DNA of 64,000 bases, taken from the NCBI GenBank assembly GCA_963829105.1, contig CAWHHF010000019.1, forward strand, positions 8,549 to 72,548, in the 5' to 3' direction. The position numbers and the translations under genes were made by a program. The notes beneath the pieces were generated by a model. That model searched no databases and had not been told where the DNA came from. It saw only the letters and a list, made by a program, of their open reading frames with translations. The DNA is from an uncultured Chloroflexia bacterium. GTDB taxonomy: Bacteria > Chloroflexota > Limnocylindria > Limnocylindrales > CSP1-4. Numbering within the stretch: position 1 is the stretch's first letter; every line of letters starts with the position of its first letter. Positions 44,670 to 53,881 of the stretch are shown here, piece by piece.

Positions 44670-45377
44670 TCAGTCGTCGGTCTGGCCGATCTGGAACGAG
44701 GCGAGCCGGCGGACCGCGATGACCGCGGCCGCGGCGACGGCCACGGTCGCCAGCACGAGCGCCGTGCGCACGTCCAGGAGGTTTGGGTCGACCACCCCGG
44801 GATGGGCGATCGCGGCCGAGATCGCCAGCGTGTACTGGCGGATGCTGAGGACGCGCGTCCCCTCGAGCAGGCCGGCCAGGACGCCCTCCCACACGAGGAT
44901 GTAGACGAGGCCGAGCGCGAGCGCCCGCCCGGTGACGAGGCTCAGCGCGAAGAACACGGTCGCGTAGACCGTGGCGCCGATCGCCGTCCCGACGGCCGCC
45001 CCGATCGCCCCGGACAGTCCGGTCCCGCCCACCTGCAGGATGGCCCCCGCGACGAACGCGGCTGGCGCGACGAGGGCGACCGACAGGCCGATGGCCACGA
45101 TCAGCTTGGCGGCCACGATCCGCCAGCGGTCGATGGGCTTGACCAGCAGGAAGACGGCGGTCCCGTCCTCGAGCTCCGCGCCGAGGGCCGCCGTGCCGAA
45201 GACGAGCGCCACGATCGGCAGCAGCGTGGTGACGATGAGCCGGTCCATGATCGCGGTCGACACCTCCTCGCCGATCCCGGCCCGTCCCGACAGGCGGACG
45301 AGGATCGCGATGGCCACCGGCAGGAGGGCCAGCAGGGCGAGCAGCAGGCTCCGCCGCCGGCCGAGGAGGCTCCGCAC
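44670..45377 (-). CDS. ABC-2 type permease subunit (start uncertain, possible frameshifted N-terminus)
   Basis: Six-TM pattern. The only in-frame start is GTG 45377, 140 nt after the upstream stop. An ATG that overlaps that stop (45520) is in another frame. Confidence 0.75.
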   Translation of the reverse strand: MRSLLGRRRSLLLALLALLPVAIAILVRLSGRAGIGEEVSTAIMDRLIVTTLLPIVALVFGTAALGAELEDGTAVFLLVKPIDRWRIVAAKLIVAIGLSVALVAPAAFVAGAILQVGGTGLSGAIGAAVGTAIGATVYATVFFALSLVTGRALALGLVYILVWEGVLAGLLEGTRVLSIRQYTLAISAAIAHPGVVDPNLLDVRTALVLATVAVAAAAVIAVRRLASFQIGQTDD

Positions 45378-45516
45378 GGTGAGCGCGGCGATCGTGACGA
45401 TGACCGAGCCGCCAGCGGGGCCGCCACCCCCGGCCCGCGACCGGCCGCAGGCGCCACGGAGCCCGTGGCGGATCCCGCGCCCGGGTTCCTGCCGGGGTCC
45501 GTGGCTCCGGGGCCTG

Positions 45517-46515
45517 TCATCGCTGCACCAGGTAGGCGAACACGCTCTCGAGGTCCTCGTCGGTGGGGCGGAGCTCGAGGATCGACACGCCCCACGCCCG
45601 GGCCAGCGCGGGGAGCGCCCGGGCGAAGCCCGCGTAGTCCGAGGTCCGCACCGCCAGGCGGCCCCCGTCGAGCTGGACGCCGAACACCGAGGGGTGGCCC
45701 ACCAGGGCCGCCGCCAGCCGGCGGTCGTCCGACGAGCGCATCGTGAAGGTGTGGGGGCGGTCGGTCATCAGCCGCCGGATCTCGCGGAAGTCGCCCGACG
45801 CCGCCAGCCGGCCGCTGACGATCACGAGCACGTTCTGGGCGAGCCGCTCGACCTCCTCGAGGATGTGCGAGCTGAACAGGATGACGCGACCCTCGTCGGC
45901 CATCCGCCCGAGCAGCTCCATCATCTGGAGGCGCTGGCGGGGGTCCATCCCGTTGAACGGCTCGTCGAGGAGCAGGATCCGGGGGTCGTGGACGAGGGCG
46001 CCGGCGATCTTGACTCTTTGGCGCATTCCCTTGGAGTAGGTCCCGACCTGCCGGTCGGCGGCGTCCGTCAGGCCGACCGTCGCGATCGCCCGTCGAGCGG
46101 CAGCGTCGGGATCGGGCAGGCGCTGAAGACGCGCGTTGAGCTGGGCGAACTCGAACCCGGTCAGGAACGAGTGGACGGACTCGCGCTCCGGGACGAGGCC
46201 GAGGTCGCGGTACACGGCCGGGTTCCGCCAGCTCGGGGTGCCCCGGATCGCCACGACGCCGTCGGAGGGGCGGAGCAGCCCCGCGACCATGTGCAGGATC
46301 GTGGACTTGCCGGCCCCGTTCGGCCCGAGCAGCCCGGTCACCCCTGGACCCAGCACGAACGAGATGTCGTTGACGGCCACCACGTTGCCGAACCAGCGCG
46401 AGACCCCCAGGAGCTCCACGGCCGCCCCGGGGGTGAGCTCGCGCGGAACGGGGGCGCGCCCGGCGGCGACGGCGGCTGCGGGGCCCCAGAGCGGGGCGTT
46501 CACGTTGCGGCTCAC
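45517..46515 (-). CDS. ABC transporter ATP-binding protein
   Basis: GTG 46515 overlaps the upstream stop (GTGA). GPNGAGKST, YSKGMRQR, LLLDEPFNGMD. Confidence 0.9.
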   Translation of the reverse strand: MSRNVNAPLWGPAAAVAAGRAPVPRELTPGAAVELLGVSRWFGNVVAVNDISFVLGPGVTGLLGPNGAGKSTILHMVAGLLRPSDGVVAIRGTPSWRNPAVYRDLGLVPERESVHSFLTGFEFAQLNARLQRLPDPDAAARRAIATVGLTDAADRQVGTYSKGMRQRVKIAGALVHDPRILLLDEPFNGMDPRQRLQMMELLGRMADEGRVILFSSHILEEVERLAQNVLVIVSGRLAASGDFREIRRLMTDRPHTFTMRSSDDRRLAAALVGHPSVFGVQLDGGRLAVRTSDYAGFARALPALARAWGVSILELRPTDEDLESVFAYLVQR

Positions 46516-47429
46516 GTGGTGATCGTCCGGTAGCGCTGGACGAGGATCGCTCCCGCCCCGAGCGCGATCACGATCGATGCGGCCAGCCCGAGCCCGAGGG
46601 GCACGGTCGCGGGCCACACCTCGCCCGCGGCCACCCCGAACAACCAGGCGTTCGCGGCGTCGAGCACCGTCCCGACGTCGAGCAGCACGATGTAGCGGGA
46701 CACGCCGCCGAGCTCGAGCGCGAGGACCACCCCGACGATGATCGCGGGCACGATGAAGGCTCCGAGGATCGCCACCGTCGCGTATGCCCGCCGGGCAATG
46801 AAGGCCGCGATCACGAGCGCCACCCCCGCCATGGCGACCGCCGTCACGATGGTGGAGCCGAGGATCGCCGGCCACCATCCGGCCTCGTGGCCGAGCGCGC
46901 CGAGCACGTCCGACGTGAGCAGCACCGCCCCGATCGTGAGGATGAGGTGGGGCACGAGCAGGATGATCAGGGCCGCCACGGTCAGGGCCGCCAGCTTGGC
47001 CAGCGCGTAGTCGACCCGGAGCAGCGCCCGGGAGAAGTAGAGGCTGAGCACCCGGTAGCGGACATCGCGACCGAGCAGCTCCGGCGCCTGGACCGCAACG
47101 AGCAGGACCACGAACGTGCCGGTCGATCCGCCCATGTCGGGATGGCCCGGGAGGACACCGATGTCGCTGATGCCGAAGCGGGAGGCGAACGCGCTCATCG
47201 CGACGACGATCAGGGCCGTGAGCGCCGGGAACACGAGGCAGAACGCCGGCAGGATCTTGGCCCGACTCGATCGGCCGAGCCCGAACGTGGCCCGGAGTCC
47301 CTGGACGAAGAGGGTGGAGAACGCATGGCGCCGGCCCAACCTCGGGCCGTCATAGCCCCGGTAGCCGATGTCGTAGATGCTGCCGGTCGGCCCGGGCCCG
47401 GTGGTGACCCGGTCGCCGCCCGCGGTCAC
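46512..47429 (-). CDS. ABC-2 type permease subunit
   Basis: GTG 47429 overlaps the upstream stop (GTGA). SIYDIGYRGYDGPRLGRR..., then 6 TMs. Confidence 0.75.
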   Translation of the reverse strand: MTAGGDRVTTGPGPTGSIYDIGYRGYDGPRLGRRHAFSTLFVQGLRATFGLGRSSRAKILPAFCLVFPALTALIVVAMSAFASRFGISDIGVLPGHPDMGGSTGTFVVLLVAVQAPELLGRDVRYRVLSLYFSRALLRVDYALAKLAALTVAALIILLVPHLILTIGAVLLTSDVLGALGHEAGWWPAILGSTIVTAVAMAGVALVIAAFIARRAYATVAILGAFIVPAIIVGVVLALELGGVSRYIVLLDVGTVLDAANAWLFGVAAGEVWPATVPLGLGLAASIVIALGAGAILVQRYRTITT

Positions 47430-48454
47430 GCCGGACCCCCCGTCGTCGGGCCGGCGGCAGGGGCGGCGGTCACGGAGGCGACCGTCGGACCCGGGCCGGC
47501 GGGGGTTGCGCCCGCGGGCAGGTCGTCGCGGAAGAGGTCCTCCAGGGAGTGCCGGCCTCGCTCCACCCGGACGAGGGGCAGGCCAAGGTCGGCGGCCAGG
47601 TCGCGGACGACGTCGAACGGCGCCCCGCCGTCGAGCGCGATCCGGACCGTCCGGTCCGCCAGGCCGGATCCCTCGAGGATCCGCAGGCCGCGGGCCACCA
47701 GGCCGGCGGCGAGCGCGTCGCGCCCCTCCTCCACCTCGACGGTCAGGATCCCGGTCTCGGCCGTGAAGTCGGCCATCGGGGCCGCCCGCAGGAGTCGCCC
47801 GCCGTCGATCGCGACGAGGTGGTCGCAGACGGCCTCGATCTCGCCCAGGAGATGGCTGGCCAGGACGATCGCGATCCCGAACTCGGTTCCGGTCCGCCGG
47901 ATCAGGCCGAGCATCTCGTCCCGGCCGGCCGGGTCCAGCCCGTTCGTGGGCTCGTCGAGGAGGAGCAGCCGGGGGTCGTGGACGATCGCCTGGGCAAGCT
48001 GGACCCTCTGGCGCATCCCCGTGGAGTAGCCGCCGATCGGGCGGTAGCGCTCCTCGGCGAGCCCGACGTGACGGAGGACGTCCGCCGTCCGCTCCCGGGC
48101 GGCCTTGGCGGGAAGACCGGAGAGCTGGCCGGCCTGGGCCACGAACTCGGTCGCGCTGACATCGGGGGGCAGGGCCGGGTGCTCCGGCATGTAGCCGACG
48201 TAGCGCCGGAGCCGCGTCCCCTGGGTCCACGGGACGTAGCCCATGACCTCCACCCGGCCGCTCGTCGGGGCAAGCAGCCCGAGAAGGATCTTGATGAGCG
48301 TGCTCTTGCCCGCCCCGTTGGCCCCGACCAGGCCGACGATCCCGGGCGCGACGTCGAGGGTGAGGGCGTCGAGGGCGACGACCCCGGGGAACCGCTTGGT
48401 CAGCGCGTCGACGCGGATCAGCGGCGCCGGGGTCCCGGCGATGGGCTCAGGCAT
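47426..48454 (-). CDS. ABC transporter ATP-binding protein
   Basis: Start MPEPIAGTP at 48454. GANGAGKST, YSTGMRQR, LLLDEPTNGLD. Confidence 0.9.
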   Translation of the reverse strand: MPEPIAGTPAPLIRVDALTKRFPGVVALDALTLDVAPGIVGLVGANGAGKSTLIKILLGLLAPTSGRVEVMGYVPWTQGTRLRRYVGYMPEHPALPPDVSATEFVAQAGQLSGLPAKAARERTADVLRHVGLAEERYRPIGGYSTGMRQRVQLAQAIVHDPRLLLLDEPTNGLDPAGRDEMLGLIRRTGTEFGIAIVLASHLLGEIEAVCDHLVAIDGGRLLRAAPMADFTAETGILTVEVEEGRDALAAGLVARGLRILEGSGLADRTVRIALDGGAPFDVVRDLAADLGLPLVRVERGRHSLEDLFRDDLPAGATPAGPGPTVASVTAAPAAGPTTGGPA

Positions 48455-48693
48455 CGACCTGATGGTAGCCGGGCGGGAGCCGGGCGGAGAGGCCCGCGGC
48501 CCGCCCACGACGCGGCGAGGGCCGAATCTGACGGAATCCGGCAGAAGCGTAAGATTGCGCACTCTCGTGGCGGTGAGACGTGCCCGTCGACCGGCACCCG
48601 GGGATCGTTGCAGGCTGGGGAGGCCCGGGCGATCCACGCGAATCGTCACCCGTGGGGAACCGAGGCTCAGGCCGGGCCTAAGACGGAGGACCG

Positions 48694-48855
48694 ATGGATA
48701 CACCCGCAACCTATCTCGAGCTCGGGTTCATCGTCATCTCGGTCCCGAACCTGCTGGTCATCCTGACCATGGTCGGGATCTTCATCGCGGCGCTGTTCGC
48801 GCCGTTCCCCGGTCACCATGCGATCGAGGAGGACGGCGATGACCGCCCCGAGTAG
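48694..48855 (+). CDS. Small single-TM protein (53 aa) preceding cytochrome b
   Basis: GGAGGA-N4-ATG. MDTPATYLELGFIVISVPNLLVILTMVGIFIAALFAPFPGHHAIEEDGDDRPE. Overlaps the next start by 17 nt. Below the ORF-track size cut-off. Confidence 0.45.
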   Translation: MDTPATYLELGFIVISVPNLLVILTMVGIFIAALFAPFPGHHAIEEDGDDRPE

Positions 48856-49546
48856 CACCCCGGGCACCACGTCCGTGCCCGGACCGGCGGATACGACCTG
48901 GGCCGGCGCGGTCCGGCGATTCCTGGAGCGGAACCTGCCGCTCAAGCACCTCCTGCCGAGCCGCCAGCCGTTCTTCGTCGGCTCCTGGGTCTACATCTTC
49001 GGCGTCGTGGCCATCACCTCCTTCGTGTGGGTCATCGGCAGCGGCATCGTCCTCGCGTTCTTCGGTCCCGAGTGGTGGCACGTGTCCGGCGTCGGGCGCT
49101 TCGTGAACAGCATGCACTTCTGGTCCGTCCAGCTCCTGTTCCTGTTCACCGCCCTCCACCTGTGGGGCCAGTACTTCATGGCCTCGTGGCGTGACGGACG
49201 GGCGCCGACCTGGATCGTCGGCGTGATGGTGTTCCTCATCGCGCTGGTGACGGGCTTCACGGGCTACGTCTCCCAGCAGAACTTCGACGCGCAGTGGATC
49301 GCGATCAACGCCAAGGACGGGATCAACGCGACGGGCGCGGGATCGTTCTTCAACGTCCTCGACTTCGGCCAGATGTACGGCCTCCACGTGGCGGTGCTGC
49401 CGGCCACGGTGGCGGTGGTGCTGGCCATCCACGTGATCCTGGTCCGCATCCGCGGCGTCGTGAAGCCGATGGAGCCTCCGGCTCCCAAGGACGGGGCCGC
49501 ACAGGCGACGAGCAGCGGCGGCACCACGAAGGGCGGCGAGGCGTGA
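48839..49546 (+). CDS. Cytochrome b6-like (cytochrome b N-terminal domain) protein
   Basis: ATG 48839 follows GAGGAGGA. Four TMs with His pairs SMH-x13-H (helix B) and GLH-x14-H (helix D). RFVNSMHFWSVQLLFLFTALHLWGQYF...RAPTWIVGV. Confidence 0.8.
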   Translation: MTAPSSTPGTTSVPGPADTTWAGAVRRFLERNLPLKHLLPSRQPFFVGSWVYIFGVVAITSFVWVIGSGIVLAFFGPEWWHVSGVGRFVNSMHFWSVQLLFLFTALHLWGQYFMASWRDGRAPTWIVGVMVFLIALVTGFTGYVSQQNFDAQWIAINAKDGINATGAGSFFNVLDFGQMYGLHVAVLPATVAVVLAIHVILVRIRGVVKPMEPPAPKDGAAQATSSGGTTKGGEA

Positions 49547-50514
49547 CCACCGCGGCCGAGCGCCAGGAGGCCTACCACCGGGGAATCCCGACGGTCAGGT
49601 TCGACCTGGTCAAGGAGTTCTTCCTCGCGCTGGCCGGCTCCGGCCTCGTGATCATCGTGCTGGCGCTCCTGATGTCGTCTCCGGACGACCCGTCGGTGAC
49701 GATCCAGACGTGGTCCCAGCAGGACCCGGTGGACTTCGTGACCACGGCGACGGCCGAGCTCGCCGGGACCAGCTTCAGCGCCACGTACGGACCGCCCTAC
49801 ACGGACGGGACCGACGCGATCCAGGCGGCCGGCCCGTTCGCCCCGCAGGCGTTCTTCGGCAACGCGGTCCACCTGGACACGGCACAGGAGTTCGTGCTCG
49901 GACCCCTCGGCACGGCCGCATCCGGCAACGCGGACCTCACCGCAGCGCTGGCTACGTACCACGCGGCCGACGCGGCCACCCAGCAGGCCTGGCTCAGTGC
50001 CTACACCGACGCCCTCGGCTCGGCCACCGCGGCGGACGGCCAGGTCACCGTGGCGGCGGGCGACTACGGACCGGTGCCGGTGCTCATGGCGAACCTGCTC
50101 GCCGTCGCCCACACGGGCGGCCTGGACGGGCTGGTCCCCTCCGGCGGCAACTTCTACGCGACCAACTACTCCGCGCCGCTGCTGTTCCTGGGCGACGGCG
50201 AGTACTTCGCGGGGCTCGGCGAGAACCAGCACCTGCTGGGCAGCCAGTGGGGGATGATGAACGAGACCGGCAGCTACCCGGGACAGGCCTGGCTGTGGCT
50301 GTTCTCGATGTGGTACCAGCTCCCGCCGTTCAACACGGCCCCCAACGCCGACCTGCTCGTCGTCATGTTGATGGGCCTGCTGACGCTGGGGCTGATCCTG
50401 GTGCCGTTCATCCCGATCCTGCGGGACATCCCCCGCTGGATCCCCGTCCATCGCCTGATCTGGCGCGACTACTACCGCTGGCGTCGAACGCACGACGTCC
50501 CACCGGCCAAGTAG
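49543..50514 (+). CDS. Membrane protein, divergent cytochrome b C-terminal/subunit-IV-like with a ~200-aa extracytoplasmic insert
   Basis: GTG overlaps the cytochrome b stop (GTGA). N-terminal TM, long soluble segment, then WLWLFSMWYQLPPF followed by TM LLVVMLMGLLTLGLILVPFI (PEWY-loop-like position). Confidence 0.6.
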   Translation: MTTAAERQEAYHRGIPTVRFDLVKEFFLALAGSGLVIIVLALLMSSPDDPSVTIQTWSQQDPVDFVTTATAELAGTSFSATYGPPYTDGTDAIQAAGPFAPQAFFGNAVHLDTAQEFVLGPLGTAASGNADLTAALATYHAADAATQQAWLSAYTDALGSATAADGQVTVAAGDYGPVPVLMANLLAVAHTGGLDGLVPSGGNFYATNYSAPLLFLGDGEYFAGLGENQHLLGSQWGMMNETGSYPGQAWLWLFSMWYQLPPFNTAPNADLLVVMLMGLLTLGLILVPFIPILRDIPRWIPVHRLIWRDYYRWRRTHDVPPAK

Positions 50515-50526
50515 CCGCGGTCACGA

Positions 50527-50557
50527 CGGCCCGGGTTCATCGAGTCAGCCCGGGCCG
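50527..50557 (+). terminator. Hairpin after the cytochrome b operon
   Basis: CGGCCCGGG-13 nt-CCCGGGCCG forms a 9-bp stem. Confidence 0.35.
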
Positions 50558-50683
50558 ACCGGGTACGTCTGGGCTGAACCGGCACGCCCGGGTTGGCCGG
50601 CTATCCCCGGTCGGCTCGGGCGGCGCACCAGGGTCGTCGGCGGCGCTGTTGCGATCCGCGGTTGGGCCGCCGCGAACGGCGCG

Positions 50684-52549
50684 TCACCCCGCGGATGGCC
50701 GGGCGACCGTCCCCGACGCGGCCGCCAGCTCCGCCGCCAGGCGCTGCTCAAGGGCACTCAGCGTCTCCACGCCGGCCGTGCTCGTGCCGGGCTGGCGCGC
50801 GCGCTGGTGGATGAAGGCCAGGAGGTCCGCCAGGACGGCGACCCGCTCTCCGGCGTCCGGCATGCGGAGGACGAAGGCCAGGATCCCGTCGAGGACGCGG
50901 ACGTGGATCGCGGGGCCGCCGATCTCCGCCAGTGTCCCGGCTCGGCCCAGCAGCTCCCTGGCGTCCGGCCGCAGGCCGGCCAGCCAGAGCTCGATCCCGT
51001 CCGCGGACAGCCGGCCGTGCAGGTCCTCCAGGGCTTCGACGACCGGGACATCCACCTCGGGCGTGAGCGACAGGTCGATCATGACGACCGAGGGGCGTGG
51101 CTCCATCTCCGCGACGGCATCGACGATCCCGTCGCGCACCGCGACCACGTTGGCGAAGAACAGCATCTCGTCGGGGCGCACGATCAGCAGCCCCGGGATC
51201 GCCGCGGCGGGCTCGGTCCGCAGGTCCACCGGCTCCAGGCCGCCGCCTGCCCGGCCGAGGAAGGTCATGTTCCCCTCGCTCGCACGCCAGACCAGGACGC
51301 CCAAGGACACGACGACGGCGATCGCGAGCGCCTCCAGGGTGGGCACGACCAGGACCCCGACCAGCGCGATCATCGCGAGCCAGAAGTCGATCGGCCGCAG
51401 GTCCCACAGCCGGCGCATCTTGCCGACCTTCATCATGCCCGTCACCGCGACGATGACGATCGCGCCCAGGGTGGCCTCCGGCAGCGGCTCGAACAGCGGC
51501 GTCAGGAACAGCGCCACGAGGGCGGTCGCCGCGGCCGCCGTGACCAGGGAGGCCGGCGTCCTGGCCCCGGCCCGGTCGTTGGCGGCCGACTTGGAGAGCG
51601 ACGATCCGATCGGGAACCCGGTGAACAGGCCGGCGCCGGTGTTCGACGCGCCGATCGCGATCAGCTCCCGGTTCGGGTCGATCTTGCCGCCGTGCTCGCG
51701 GGCGAATTCGTTGGCCGGCCCGATGGCCTCCGCGAAGGCGACGAGGGCGATCCCGACCGCACCCGCCAGCAGCAGGGGCACGGCGTCGAGCCCCACGCCC
51801 GGCAGGGTGGGCCCCCGGAGGCCCGCGGGAAGGGTGCCCACCACCTTGACGCCCTGGCTCTCGAGGCCGAACGCGACCGAGACCGCGATGGAGGCGAGGA
51901 GGACGACGAGGGCGGCCGGCACGCGCGGCAGCCGCCGTTCCAGCACGATCATCCCGGCGATGCCGGCCACCCCGACCGCCAGGGTCAGCAGGTCGGTCTC
52001 GCCGACCTGGGGGATGATCGCCCGCACCAGGTCCAGCGCGCTGTCGCCGTGCGCCTCGATCCCCAGGAGCTTGGGGATCTGCTTGATGGAGATCAGCAGC
52101 GCCAGCCCGAACACGAAGCCGATCAGCACGGATTCGGAGAAGAACTGCGCGATGCGCCCGAGCTTGAGGGCCCCGGCCGCGATGGACACGAGGCCGGCCA
52201 GGATCGCGAGGGCCGCGGTCAGGGCCGCGTACTCGACGCTGCCCGACGCCGCCAGCCCGGAGATGGTCGCCGCGGACATGATGGCGATGGCCGACGACAC
52301 CGCGACCACGAGCTGGCGCGAGCTGCCCAGCACCGCATAGGCCAGCAGGGCGATCGGTGCCGCGTAGAACGCCGTCTCCGGCGGCATGCCCGCCAGCTCG
52401 GCGTAGGCCATGCCCTCCGGGACCAAAATGGCGCAGACGGTGAGCCCCGCGATGACGTCCAACGGGAGCCAGCTCCGCTGGTAGCCCGGAACCCAGGAAA
52501 GGATCGGCCAGGGCGCACGAGCGGGCGGTTGCGTGGGATGGTTGGCCAT
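50684..52549 (-). CDS. SulP-family anion transporter with C-terminal STAS domain
   Basis: Start MANHPTQPP at 52549. LPLDVIAGLTVCAILVPEGMAYAELAGMPP, a long polytopic core, and a STAS-like tail. Confidence 0.9.
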   Translation of the reverse strand: MANHPTQPPARAPWPILSWVPGYQRSWLPLDVIAGLTVCAILVPEGMAYAELAGMPPETAFYAAPIALLAYAVLGSSRQLVVAVSSAIAIMSAATISGLAASGSVEYAALTAALAILAGLVSIAAGALKLGRIAQFFSESVLIGFVFGLALLISIKQIPKLLGIEAHGDSALDLVRAIIPQVGETDLLTLAVGVAGIAGMIVLERRLPRVPAALVVLLASIAVSVAFGLESQGVKVVGTLPAGLRGPTLPGVGLDAVPLLLAGAVGIALVAFAEAIGPANEFAREHGGKIDPNRELIAIGASNTGAGLFTGFPIGSSLSKSAANDRAGARTPASLVTAAAATALVALFLTPLFEPLPEATLGAIVIVAVTGMMKVGKMRRLWDLRPIDFWLAMIALVGVLVVPTLEALAIAVVVSLGVLVWRASEGNMTFLGRAGGGLEPVDLRTEPAAAIPGLLIVRPDEMLFFANVVAVRDGIVDAVAEMEPRPSVVMIDLSLTPEVDVPVVEALEDLHGRLSADGIELWLAGLRPDARELLGRAGTLAEIGGPAIHVRVLDGILAFVLRMPDAGERVAVLADLLAFIHQRARQPGTSTAGVETLSALEQRLAAELAAASGTVARPSAG

Positions 52550-52681
52550 CAGGATCTCCCCGGGTCGGAGCTCACCGGCAGGGTGAGGCGGCCGCGCCCG
52601 GCCCCGACGATACCGCCGCACGACACGGGCCGTGACCCCGTTCGCCCGGCCCCGTCGCTGTCGCCGGGCCTTCGGGGCGGT

Positions 52682-52719
52682 ACGCGAGAACCCGGGCGGT
52701 GAGGCCCGGGTTCTCGCGT
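52682..52719 (-). terminator. Strong hairpin ending the DUF1269-type cassette
   Basis: ACGCGAGAACCCGGGC-ggtgag-GCCCGGGTTCTCGCGT, a 16-bp perfect stem about 50 nt downstream of the stop at 52766. Confidence 0.55.
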
Positions 52720-52765
52720 GACATCGTCCGACCGGCGGATCTATCGGCCGGCCGGCTGCGGCCGG

Positions 52766-53746
52766 TCAGTCCTTCTTGGCCTTGGCGTCCTCGGCCTCCT
52801 CGATGGCCACCTCCTCGGCGTCCCGGGCCATGACCACGGTGTCCTCGGCCTCCTCGATCGCGACCTCCTCGACCTCGCGGGCGAGCGCCACGGTGTCCTC
52901 GGCCTCCTCGATCGCCGCCTCCTCGACGTCAGCGGACAGCGCCACGACGTCCTCGGCCTCCTCGATCGCGGAGTCCTCGACCGCGAGGGCCAGCGCCACG
53001 ACATCGGCCGCCTCCTCCATGGCGGCCTCTTCGATGAGCTCGGCCGCGAACAGGGTGTCGATGACGTCCGCGGCCGCGGCATCCTCGATCGCGAGCGCCA
53101 TGGCGACGACATCGGCGGCCTCGGCGATGGCGGCCTCCTCGATGAGCTCCATCTCGACGAGGGTCCGGGCGATGTCCATCGCGGCCATCAGCTTGATCTG
53201 CTCGGCGGCCTCGATGGCGTCCTCGGCCTCCATCTTGGCGCGCAGCTCGTCGCCCACGAGGGCCAGGGCATCGGGCGTGATCATCGCCTGCATCAGCGTG
53301 TGGCCGCCGGCGTCGCCGATCGCGTCGCGCAGGCTGGCCGCCCAGTGGTGCTCGATGACGAGGATGCCCGCCGCCCCGCCCGCGGGGATGGACTCGGCGA
53401 GCTCGTTCAGCCGGTCGACGCTCAGGCCGGCGTCCCGCTCGGCGATGGCGAGCGCGCCCAACTCGGCGCCGACGGCCGCGCCCTCGAAGCCCCCGGCGTG
53501 GAGGCCCATCAGGGCGCCGGCGATCGAGCCGAGGCGCATCCGCTCGGTCTCGGACAGGTCGGTCAGGTGCATCGTGTTCTCGATGCTGCCGTCCATGTCC
53601 TTCTGGACGAACAGGATGTCGACGATCCGGATGAGGCCGCGCTTCCGCACCCGGCGCAGCTCGGCCAGGATCCTGCCGGTCGCCTCGAACTTGTCGAACC
53701 CGATCACGAACACCTGGATCGGGCCCGTCACGTGCTTGTCGCTCAT
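52766..53746 (-). CDS. Soluble DUF1269/DUF6325-like two-module protein with polyacidic 18-residue repeat tail
   Basis: PIQVFVIGFDKFEATGRILAELRRVRKRGLIRIVDILFVQKDMDG..., PAGGAAGILVIEHHWAASL, then (I/M)EEA(E/A)D(V/T)V recurring every 18 aa from residue 207 to 315. Confidence 0.7.
   Translation of the reverse strand: MSDKHVTGPIQVFVIGFDKFEATGRILAELRRVRKRGLIRIVDILFVQKDMDGSIENTMHLTDLSETERMRLGSIAGALMGLHAGGFEGAAVGAELGALAIAERDAGLSVDRLNELAESIPAGGAAGILVIEHHWAASLRDAIGDAGGHTLMQAMITPDALALVGDELRAKMEAEDAIEAAEQIKLMAAMDIARTLVEMELIEEAAIAEAADVVAMALAIEDAAAADVIDTLFAAELIEEAAMEEAADVVALALAVEDSAIEEAEDVVALSADVEEAAIEEAEDTVALAREVEEVAIEEAEDTVVMARDAEEVAIEEAEDAKAKKD
52787..53149 (-). repeat. 54-bp coding tandem repeats (about 6.5 units)
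   Basis: gtcctcggcctcctcgatcgc recurs with a 54-nt period. It encodes the acidic tail. Confidence 0.8.
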
Positions 53747-53785
53747 GTCCTTGCTCCCTGGTGCTGTCTGGCCTGGGCCGGAGCC

Positions 53786-53824
53786 TCGAGGTCCGGATGC
53801 TATCGAGGTCCGGATGCTATCGAG
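53786..53824. repeat. 17-bp tandem duplication (x2.3), intergenic
   Basis: tcgaggtccggatgcta at 53786-53802 and 53803-53819, plus tcgag. Confidence 0.9.
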
Positions 53825-53881
53825 CCCGGGGCGACGATCGACCCGGGCTCGATGCTTGCTGGTACCTGGATGGGTGGCCGG

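Noticed and set aside
49710-52340. 876-aa ORF on the plus strand
   Set aside because: It is out of frame with the cytochrome partner and antisense to SulP. It is Arg/Pro/Ser-rich with no domains.
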